Source of the DNA: Bugula neritina
Taxonomy: Eukaryota > Animalia > Bryozoa
Direction: 5' to 3'
Assembly (NCBI GenBank): GCA_964035545.1
Contig: OZ037765.1
Location: 22,257,504-22,321,503 of the forward strand
DNA: 64,000 nucleotides
In this document: piece after piece, positions 1 through 10,850 of the stretch
Layout of the letters: each line of letters starts with the position of its first letter
How positions within the stretch are numbered: position 1 is the first letter of the stretch
The notes under the pieces: model-generated
What the model was told of the DNA's origin: nothing
Seen by the model: the letters and a program-made list of their open reading frames with translations, nothing else
The model's database searches: none
Translations under genes and position numbers: made by a program

Positions 1-1153
1 TAGACCTCCTTATTATACCGTGAACCTGCAACAGACTATAGTTTATGCAGGCAGGCATGCTCTAGTGATGTGAAGTATAAACATACAAATATTGTTTGAC
101 ACAGTGAACTTTCAGGCAACTTTTACACTATTTTCCTGCCTAGATTTGCAGGCAGAGTTTATGATGAAATCTTTACTCTCCGGTTATTTAATACCTTGCT
201 TTGTTATGTGAAATCAAGTGATAATCTGTATAGAATTTTTTGTGCTAAGACCTCACAACTACTAAACTCCCCACTTGAATGGTCATACAAATGCAACAGC
301 TTGAAAGATGTTATCATATTACTGAAAACTAGCTACGTATTAGTATTAGGGGGAGGGATGGGCACTAGGCATTGTTTGCATATAACAATATAATTTATGA
401 AATTGAGGCCTGTTGTACGCATATAAAATATTAGCTGAAGATTTACATACTTGATAGCCTTTTGCTAGCAGCAACTCCGTCAGGTACGAGCCATCCTATC
501 AACAATAGAAGACACAATGTTTAAGAGCTTAGTCTATGCTTTGCAGCTACTATTGCAACATAAAACACGCGGCATTACTCAGGTGCAGTGAGCGCAGAGT
601 AGCAATTGGAACATAAAATCTGCAAAATTTAACGCCCTTAGCCCACAAACATAGCAATTGCTGGTGAAATTTAATTAGATTTTTGTTGATTATTTGTGTT
701 CATATAACTATAATAGTGAAGCATAATGCCATATAATATATGGCATGCTGCGTGAATCAGCCTGCATCTTGATATGATGTTAGCATGTCTAATTATTTAC
801 TTCAATTGTGCTCAAGCAAAACAATGCTTTGTCTTAGCTTTTTGTTTTAGTTTTTATTAGTAGGTTATTTCTTTGTTGATTTATCAACAAAGAAATAACC
901 TACTGATTAAAGCTAAAACAAAAAGCTAAGAGAAAACATTGTTTTGCTAAACAGATACAAAAAGCAGCAGCTGTGATAAAGTGGATAAAAGCAAAGGTAA
1001 AGGTACTTAGGTACAGTTGCAACAGACGCTGTCAGTTGCCAACACGACAGCATTTTAACAGAGACTCACCTGTCCTGTGATGCCAGATATCAAAGCAACT
1101 TTCTGAGTACGAGACGTAGTGGCAGCAGACTCTCCTAAACCATTTGATGCCAT
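1..1153 (-). CDS. GMDS: GDP-mannose 4,6-dehydratase, 5' coding exons (gene runs off the left edge)
   Basis: Exons 1153-1070 (MASNGLGESAATTSRTQKVALISGITGQ), 495-451 (DGSYLTELLLAKGYQ), 25-<1 (VHGIIRRS); GT-AG flanks, all phase 0. The joined ALISGITGQDGSYL..LL.KGY.VHGIIRRS is the GMDS Rossmann-fold signature. Confidence 0.96.
815..948. repeat. Intronic near-perfect palindrome (~66-bp arms, 2-nt loop)
   Basis: agcaaaacaatgctttgtcttagc...ctttgttgat-tt-atcaacaaag...gctaagagaaaacattgttttgct; only a handful of mismatches. Confidence 0.9.
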
Positions 1154-1640
1154 TTTTCTCAGCAACAAATAGCAACTGTAAGAGATAGCCATATAATGTA
1201 GAGCCATTAAATTGTGGCATGGCCAGCTTTTTTTATTTTTCCTTGGGTATTGCATGCAAGATTATTTCATAAGCTGCTGAACAATGGTAGGGTCTGATGA
1301 GGTAACATTGATCAACAGTAGCCTGATCAAAGTGAGAGCACTCATACACAGTATCTTATGAGATTACAATATACAGTGCAAAGGAAAACTTTGAGCTTTT
1401 AACTATAACAAAATCATCATCTTTATTTTCGGTTTGAAAGTTTAACATAAAACGGCTTCTAACTATCAACCGCAATTATTTTATAAGAAGTCTATCCAAA
1501 CAAATTTAAGCTTAAACAACTACATCCGGTGCAAGAAAGATAAGGTACAAAGGAAATTTCACAATAACAACAAATAATCAATTTTATCTCATCAAACAGA
1601 GGGCATTAGTTTTGTAGCTCCTATTACTATGCAAGTTGAT

Positions 1641-1682
1641 AATTATCAATTAAATTGATATTTATCAATTTAATTGATAATT
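1641..1682. repeat. Perfect AT-rich palindrome (20-bp arms)
   Basis: aattatcaattaaattgata-tt-tatcaatttaattgataatt. Confidence 0.9.
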
Positions 1683-2334
1683 TAAAAAAGTAATCACATA
1701 ATAAATAACGATCATTAATCTAAATCAAAATGCCGATTAGACCTGCCAATGTTTATATTTATATAACCATATTCAATATTGATATTCAATTTTACAGTCA
1801 CCGAGTTAGCCACGGTCACGTTGATACTCACAGTCATAATCAAACTGACACTAAAACAGTCATACTCAACCACAACTCAGCCTTTAGTTGTGGCTTGTAG
1901 TAATAGTAATAAATCATATTATATATTGAATTTGATAGCCCTAGTACTAGTAAAAACACACTTAAAGTTAGTAACAGTTACTCAGTCTTATTCACTATCT
2001 CATTTTATTATACTAAAGGTTAGTGGTACACTATGACCATTATGGTACACACACATTATAGTCAGTGATACTATAGTAATAGTAACTGCAATACTTATAC
2101 TTAACCAGTATATTTAACATAAAGTTAATAACTTGAAGAGTTGAAATTGAACTTGAAGAAAACTCAAGACTATTAGTATTACTAACACTAGTAACACTAA
2201 GTATATTAATACTCTACTTATACTTATTTAATTTAATATTACTATTACTATTAGTATCAGTATGAGTTATAGCTATAATTAGTACTACTATTAGGCTATA
2301 CAATTAAACTTGAAGTTAATAAAAACTTACGGCA

Positions 2335-2961
2335 GTGAGAAAACCCCTGATGGAAGGGCTTTTTGCTAAATTGGGCTAAGGACTTAATTTAGATGGGGCA
2401 CAGAAGCAATTATAAGTGGATGTTCTTTCTAACATCATCAAGGTTTCATCTCAGATAGACGCTTCCCAGTTAAACGCTATTTTTTATTATGGTACAATAT
2501 AATGTAGTAATATACCTATAAATAATTGATTACTAAACATGAAATAATAGTTAATATGCATTATCTGGAATAACATTCCAATTTTCACAGATTTTTGTGG
2601 GACTTCAAAACAGCAATACATTAATAATAGACATTATCCTTAATGAATACTTGGTAATGAAATATTTTTTTCAAATAAAAAGTATAGAAAATGTAAATTA
2701 ACAAGTTAACCTAATGCAAATCAAAGGAACTAATTTCAAGATTAAATAACAAACAATTGATCCAAATTTATTTAAATATACAGATATTCCAATAACATTA
2801 AAATAAATTGCACATAAAACACATATATTATACCAAAATAAAAAATAGCTTCTAACTGGGAAGTGTCTATCTGGAATGACACCATCACCAATGTCCTTTG
2901 CCGATTTGGACCCATAACTTTGTGCTTGCTAAGCAAATGCTCTAACCCTTAGACCATGGCT
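2335..2961 (-). mobile_element. tRNA-derived SINE copy, split by a MITE
   Basis: Reverse strand reads agccatggtctaagggttagagc...ggtccaaatc...cattggtga[MITE]tgttagaaagaacatccacttataattgcttctgtgcc...cttagccc...cttccatca; matches the copies at 42582 and 47427. Confidence 0.75.
2441..2884. mobile_element. MITE (PIF/Harbinger-like) with ~50-60-bp imperfect TIRs
   Basis: cagatagacgcttcccagttaaacgctattttttatt (from 2452) versus aataaaaaatagcttctaactgggaagtgtctatctg (to 2873); TCA on both flanks (2438-2440, 2885-2887). Superfamily assignment is inference from the 3-bp TSD. Confidence 0.7.
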
Positions 2962-4199
2962 TGAAGTTACTGCTATACTAATATTATTAACATTAACTAA
3001 GTCTAGTAGTAACACTAACAGTAATAGTAACTGTAAGTAATACTAAATCTAATACTTATACTACAACTATATCTATAAGTATAAGTTATTATTAACATTA
3101 TAGTTATACTTATACTTATAATATAAGTTATACGTAGGGTAATGACTAATGCTAAGTCTAACAGTAATACTAATACTATCATGTTATTCTAGTAAAACTA
3201 ATAGTAATAGTATTAGTGACTAATACTATTACTATTACTATTAGTATTACGGTTACCTGTGAAGTAATAGTAGTACTAGTAGGCTACTAATACCGTAGTC
3301 GTAACCAATACTTAGAGTTAGTATAACTTATTAAGTTTAACTATACGTATGTCTTATAGTAATACTAATAGTATCACTATTAGTATTAGTATTACTATTA
3401 CTATTAGTATTAGTATTAATATAACTATTAGTATTAACTAGTACAAGACTAAGAATATCAGTAACTATAAGTATAACTATAACATAAGTATAAGTATAAG
3501 TATAACTATAAGTATAAGTAATAGTATAACTGTAAGTCTAATGCTTAGCTTTATACTTAGAGTTATACTAATACTTATATTTATAAGTTATAGTAATAGT
3601 TATACTTATAGATGATAGTAACGCTATAACTATAAGTATAACTATAACTATAACTATAAGTATAACTATAAGTAATACTATTACTTATAGTTATACTTAT
3701 AGTTATAGTTATACTTAGTACTACTAGTATTACTATTACTATTACTAATAGTAATACTAATAGTAATAGTAATACTAGTAGTACTAATACTAGTAGTAGT
3801 AAGTACTAGTAGTATATAACTATATTTAAAATATAATCTTCAACTTTAAGCAACAACAAAAGTTAAAGTAAAACTAAAACTTATTCAAATTGTAGTTTGA
3901 CTGTAACTATAAGTAATAAGATTAGCTTAATCTTACAGTTAGATCGCCTAATTGTAAGTAATTGTAAGCAATCTAACTTGAAAAAAAAAACTAGATTAAC
4001 TTATAAGCCTTCGTGGCGGACTCAGATTTTATGTTAATGAAATTTCTTTTTCTTCAAGCCTAATACCAATGCAAACAAAAAGTATCATTGTTTTTATAAC
4101 TGAAATTATATAATTAAAGCTTTGGTTAAATTACAAATTAAATACGCAAAGGTTATTTTTGTAGCGTTTACAGTTTATCTTTGTTTAAGTGCATTGCAA

Positions 4200-4300
4200 A
4201 ACCTTGGAAGACACAACTCCGCAAAAACACATCTTACCCGAGCAGACAACATCTACTGGCAACATTCCGTGATAGTGCGAGAGAGAATAACCGTTAGGTT
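4200..4300 (-). promoter_or_regulatory. Candidate non-coding first exon / promoter of GMDS
   Basis: Local CpG enrichment, strong minus-strand donor CGG|gtaaga (cttac at 4233-4237), ETS-like CGGAA. An alternative candidate with CCGGATGT lies near 1521-1530. Confidence 0.35.
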
Positions 4301-6906
4301 GTTGAATTAGATTTAGACATAAATCAATTACAACTTTGTTTTTTTTTGTTAATACTTTATTTAGACTTAGTTTTGATTAGCTCAACTGCAATCAGTTCAG
4401 ACCAACATTAAGCAAATGCACTCACGTTTTTTTATCAAACTTGTTGTTAGTTAGTCTATTATTGGTAAACTGCAAACTGTAGGAAAGCTATTTTCTGGTT
4501 TTCTGATTATGAGCAAGTTGTGCAAAATCTACTTCGAGATGCAAAAAGCTTGCTATAGTAATATATATCCATTATAAATGTGTGGTTTCACTAGGAACTG
4601 CGTAGAATCTATATAACCGGTTTAAGAGGAGCAACTACTGCATTTGCATTAAGTCAGCAATAAAATGTGACAGCATAAAATATTCAAAGTAGCTATAACT
4701 TTAGTTTACACATGTGCACAGTCACCAGACCAGGCTTTTGAACACAATAACTCAGAAACTATTATTATTTAAATACCTTCCTGAATGAAAGAGAACAAAA
4801 AGAAAGGATCTAGTGATAAAATTGACCCAGATCTAGATAATCTCCTCAGGAGTCATCCCCCTCACAATAACTGGAGTTCTTGGCAACACATGCAAAACTG
4901 AATGACTCTACTTGAGATAGATGCAAAAGTAAGGCAGGTTGACACAACAGACAATTCTACTAGAGTCAGCTGACATCTTGAGAAAATTTTTATTCCCCCT
5001 TTAGTCTAGAGGGTGAATGGTAGAAGACAGCGTCAGCTTAAGCTGTGACACAACCAATAATCATATTACTCTTATTCTATTGTGCCAAATTTTAATAATA
5101 TATGCAATTTTGCAACATTGTATACTAATGGTATATATTTGCACAAAAAGAGTTTGTATAATCTTATTATATTGTGATCTAGCAAATTTTCTCCTAAAGT
5201 ATGAACCAATACAAAATAGGTCTCTTATATATACACTGTACATATAAACATATATAAATATATATCCTATCGCATATTATATGGCATCTATGAAAACTAA
5301 ATTATACATAATGTTGTCTGATGAATAGAAAGAGGGAGGGTAAGGTATGAAAGGGTAGGGGATAGGGTAGAAAGTAGACTGTAGGCAATAAATACATAGT
5401 GTTATTGCACATGTGTTTACAATAATACACATGCTTGAAGTAATAAATTTAGAAACTAGGAGGTTATTACAGCCAAGAAGCGCCAGGTGGGTTTTGACAT
5501 CAACTTATTCAGTAGCAAGCTAATGTCATCTGGGCATTTTCACACTTCTTAAGATAACTCAAGTTAAAAGCTAAATGCAGTAATGTGAATTTTGAACAAG
5601 CATTAGTAAGTTGCAACGATAATTTAGCGGTGTGTGGTATATTATAGTGGGTGAATAACTGTGGTTATATAAAGCAAAGTGCTAATAAATTGATTTACTA
5701 ATTATTGATTAATTGATTTATCATGCCCTGTTGCAAATTGTACACTTATTGACTCTTTACCCCATAGTTAAAAGGATATATGTTAAGCATTACTAGATGA
5801 TCATAAGATGGAAGAAAATTAACGTGTCATGGTGATTACATAAGCTTTAGCTAGCTACCATATTGAAATGAAGCTTTGTGGTAGTACCTCATCACCATTC
5901 AGCTTATACAAATAAAGTTTTGAATTTTTGCCACACTTTTATGTAGTTGCTAACTACTATAATTTAGTAGAATGCATTTGCTTACGCAAATATAAGCGCA
6001 TAACTGATGAAGTCTCATATATATATTTTATTGCATTTATATTATTTTGATTAGTTTCACTATTAATTATTTTTAGATTTTACAGCTGCTATAAACTATA
6101 CTACGCTGGTACAGGATAAACGTTAATATACAAGTGAATTGCCCATTACACTTTGCACAAAAATCTAAAACCATCCTTATAATGTAGATTAGATTTTTTC
6201 ATTCATAACAATGTCATCACCCAAACAATATTATTTCGGAGCAAGTTATAAAGCTAGGTTTAGACATAAAATATATAAACTCCTCTTTGACCTGAGCCAA
6301 TATGCTAAAAGCAAGCTTGACCTTGCATCCTGAAAACAATCATTTTGAGCAGCTAAGAGTTTAGCCAATATTAAAACTCTTGCCAAGTTAAAGTTAGAAA
6401 TTTTTTTTCTATAAACTTATAAAACCTAAAAGGATTCATGCACTGTTACATATTACACGTATATCCCGTCTTTCTGTTTAGTTTGAATTGAAACATTTGA
6501 ATATATTCGCGTCTCCACTAACTTCTGCGATTAAATGGGCCCCATAATTACATTTTTTTGAATGACGCCCCATATAATTTTTCTATTTTCTTATTAAACT
6601 TTTTGATGAGATAAAACAAATCAAAACTAAGCAAAACATCAATAAAACATTCATTCACAGTGAAGAAAGCAATGAAATTTGTATCTATCATTTGAATCAA
6701 ACTGACTAGTGGTAGAGTTATTATAAGTTGCATTTTTTTCAATTTTCTTGTATGTTTACTTGTATTGTTAAAAGTTTATAGGTTTGAATTCAAAATTTGA
6801 TTTATTGATTATATTGGCTTGAATTTATTATTTATTATTTATTTATTATTTATTATCTTAGCCACACTTAATTATCGTTCTGACACAGCTTTGGTAAACT
6901 CTAGAG

Positions 6907-7233
6907 CAGGGCTGTCCAACAGGCAGCTCCGAGGCCGGGTGTGGCCCCAGCCTACATTTATGTTGCCCTCAAAGGCAAAACAAATACAATCATTTTGCAT
7001 AAATATATGAATTGCAGTAAAAAAAACCACTTTTTGAATACCTAATTTATATACATGCTACAAAATTTATTGGGACTTCATTGTGTAATGATCCATTGAA
7101 ATTTGAACTAATATAATTCAAAAAAATATTGATGTTGTGGTCTCCAGCTCAAGCTACAGTTTATACACTGGCCCTGATACCGGAATATTCCATTTCAGTG
7201 GCCTTTGCTCCAAAAAGAGGTTGGACACCCCTG
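6907..7233. mobile_element. Non-autonomous hAT (Charlie-like) MITE
   Basis: TIRs CAGGGCTGTCCAAC / GTTGGACACCCCTG, subterminal GGCC motifs; 8-bp flanks ctctagag / ctctaaca resemble the NTCTAGAN target of Charlie elements. Confidence 0.85.
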
Positions 7234-8579
7234 CTCTAACACATCTGAGGTGAGGTGAAAGCAAATTCAACTAGAAACATGTTGTTGAATGGCCAGCTGC
7301 ATATTCTAGCTAGTTGCTGTTGTTTTAAGCTACGGGTTGTTACTTTTCTACTTCAAAATTTTAGTGATAAGAGTATTTACTCTTAACATACAACGTGGCT
7401 GATAGCGGGTTATGTGAACATACGCATGGCACACTTAGTAGATTATAGAAATAGTATAAATATTCGAACATGCTGGTACCCAGACGTTTATGAAATCTGC
7501 CATTCGTAGTAGAATCATGTGTCAAAATTTACTGGTGAGTGACAGAGATTGAGGTTGCTTCATGCAGTTACTCAATCTTCTAGCAGCTTGACACTCACCC
7601 ATACTTCAACAAGGCGTACTCAGAAGCTGGGGCTTGCGGAGATGAGACTTTTTCTTTTGTCAAGAATTATTTTGTAAGTTCATTTGACAAATAAATTTAT
7701 ATAAAATCAATATTTTTAACTCATGCAAAAAGATATAAGTTTTGCTATAACAAGCAAGGACTAAGGCAGCTATGGTGAGAAACTGTGAGAAATGGTGAGA
7801 ATAACAATTAATGTATTATACAATGTTGTAATGATACCGTTAGCAAGATGACACAAACTGTGTGTTGTTACACAATCATTCTAGTTTGTTCGTCTGGCTC
7901 ACGTTATTTAGTCAACAGATGTTCAACATTTTCAAAATTTTATTGCAAACTTATCATACTATATATAATACAGCTAATAAATAGTTCATTGTGATATAAA
8001 TTATAACACATACAGCATTACAAGTTGAATATTATAAATACGTTCTCTGGTTAACGTTTGCGGTAGGAACAGAGTTAGAGCAAAAGAACTTTGTTCATGC
8101 CGGCTCGCGTTACTCAGTGAATTTGATTCAACGACAAAGCATGCAACTTGTATTATTGGATCTGGATGATAAAAAGGGAACAGCTAAAACAGAGTTACTA
8201 CAAAAATAATATGTCAATCCATATAACTGTTGAAGTTGTTATGAAAATAAAAAAACATTTTGTAAGATATGCGATATTATTTGATAAATAAGCTATACAT
8301 AATATATCATCGCGTGCATCAGAGTCATTTGAAAAACTTACCTTTAATATATTAACGGTAAACTGTTCAAACATGCATTCATGGGATAGGTGCAATAATG
8401 AAGAAATTGAGAAATGTAGCAAAAGAAGTTATGTTCTTACAAAAATTTCAACACGTTTCCTAAACCCAAATCTAAAAAAAATTTGAAGAATTTAGGTTAT
8501 CTCAATTTCTCTACTTTTGCACATAACAGGGCATTTATATAGCACGGTAGGAAACAGCTTGGGTGAAAGCATGCATTTT

Positions 8580-10850
8580 TTATTTTCTTAATAAATGAGA
8601 AGTTGGCAATAAACTTTGACATGGGTAGACTGCTGCAAACTGGTGTAGTGACTGAATATTGGCAGGTGATAGAATATTATTTCTCATTGACGTTTGAAAA
8701 TTTGTAAAACCAAATGGATTCCATGAAGATTCAGCTTGGGTTGGAATTTGATTTTGCGTCCAAATAGATGCTCCACCTGGTGGTATTATTTTAAGCCTGG
8801 CTGCAACTTGCTTCTTCCATTTTGTCCTAAATTACATTGCAGTAGTTGTGTTATGTAACGTAATACAAAATGCAATTAAACAACGTACAGTGTGAAAATT
8901 TTAATTATACTTCTAATTATTGTTTATCATTTATCATTATCACTCCAAACAGTTGTTTTTATGCATCAATTATTCTTAATATTTTCCTTTAAAATATCAA
9001 TAAAGATTTATGTACCTTCGATTTTGAAACCAGGTTTTTATTTGTGTTTCTGTCAAGTTTAATGATTTAGATAGTTCAGACCGCTTGTTGACACTCAGAT
9101 ACTTGTCACTCTAAAAAATATTGAACATTTTAAAATATTAGGCTAAAAAAAACAAGAATCAGTCTAGCCCTCATTATAAGCATAATTTCCTTCATTCAAA
9201 AGTTTTATCCATAGATCAAAACGATAATTGTTTTATTACGGGGACTTCACATGTCTCTGTCTTCTTTTAAGTATGTGTTGAACAATTATATGATACCTTG
9301 AACTCAGCTTCCAAGTGATCTAGCTGCTTTGTCGAGTACGCTTGCCGTGGTTTACGATCTATTCCCGGCTTTCTTATCCTTCGGCCTACTGGCCTAGGAG
9401 CTGCAAATTAAAATTCATCTGTAAAGGTTATGCAATACGTGTTTCTCATCAGCTACAAATTGGCAATAAAAGTTTATTAGCTGTAAAGAAACTTTAATTA
9501 CAAATTTGTGAAACACACTATTGCACTAAGTCTCATCGTAACAAGTTTGGTATTTATAAGTTTTACTTTACTCTGTTTATATTGTATGACAATATGTAAT
9601 ATTTTAATAAAGTCTTGCTTTTTATTTATAGTTAATGTTCTTGCCAACTGGCAACTATTTTTATTAAAATTAAAAGCTGAGCTGGTGTATGAGTCATGAA
9701 AATTTCTTACCTTGTAATCCAAACAACAAACTAGGCGTAATGTGACTTGAAGTATTGTAACACCAAGGGCTAGTAGCAGCAGAAAAAGCAGCCTGTCTCT
9801 GTATTCTGAGGACAGCCTGCATGAGGTCATCATCTTCTTGATAGTTGTCTTCACTCAGACTATTGGTAGCTCTTTGCCTTGATGCTGACGGTGATATTCT
9901 TTGAGCTGGATGGTCTGATGTGGAAGAAATCACCTCTTCCACTTTTTCAGTTGCTTGTAAATTAAGGTTCTCGCAAATTTTGGGTGTTTCTTGTGTGTTT
10001 CCCATCTATAAGAAATTATAAGGCCTGAAGATTTCTAAATTTTTGAAATCAAATGCTTTGTTAGTATGTAAGATGCAAAAATTTAAATCTCGCACGTAGC
10101 AAGTATAGCCTACATTTTTCATGCTTATTTTTTAGTGAACATCCTAGTTATAAAAATAAGATAGCTGAATTGATGAAGACTTCACAAAGAATTGATGTTG
10201 TAGCTATAATATTTCAAATTAGCCTTAGGCTAGACCATGCAGCCTTCTAATCTCATACTATGAAAAAATCAAACCAATTGCATGATAGTAATTTAATATA
10301 AAAATTAAAAAAGGTAGTAACAATATTATTTTGCTATTCAATTTAAAAATAATTTATTCTGCTAATAAGTGGTAATTCAAGAATCAACTTCTTTAAACTA
10401 TAGACCAATAAATAAATAGTACTCTGCTAACTGCAGCACAATATTTCTATCATAGCAAACACATTATTTTATACAAATATTATTTCTGAAAAAGATGGAG
10501 AAAGTACGCTTTCTATGCTGTAGCAGGTCGATGCATTGTTATGTAGAAAATATTTTTAAAAAATATCACACCAATTATATATGACATACATAAATACCAT
10601 ACATAAATACGGTAACTTGTATATAAAATAATAACATAAAATACTTTTTTTAGCATATTTGCCACTTATTATTATTTCAGATCACAACCTGTCTCATAGT
10701 TTGATGAATACTTACAGATTCTTCACTGTTCGGCTGAGCGTCTTCTTCCGTATCAGATACTATTTTTTTGTGTTGTTGTAAAATATCATTTATTGTAAAT
10801 TTGCTAATACCCTTAGCGTGTGATGTGTTGGCTGACAACTGGGTCTCCAT
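8580..10850 (-). CDS. Msxlx: NK-class homeobox transcription factor Msx-like (Msxlx)
   Basis: Exons 10850-10716 (eh1 motif FTINDIL), 10005-9711, 9400-9297, 9110-9016, 8826-8580, phases consistent. Joined: [79 protein letters not shown]; [11 protein letters not shown] is characteristic of Msxlx. Confidence 0.92.

Larger units (their letters stand above)
1750..3990. repeat. Cryptic hexamer-periodic (NNN-TNA)n low-complexity tract, interrupted by a SINE/MITE insertion at ~2335-2961
   Basis: e.g. tacTCAcagTCAtaaTCAaacTGAcacTAA (~1826-1855); tagTAAtacTAAtagTAAtagTAA (~3749-3772); gagTTAtacTAAtacTTA (~3560). Confidence 0.85.

Noticed and set aside
1779-2036. 85-aa ORF with alternating T/V/L/I pattern
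   Set aside because: Non-ATG start; the dipeptide alternation is a by-product of the 6-bp DNA periodicity; no family resemblance.
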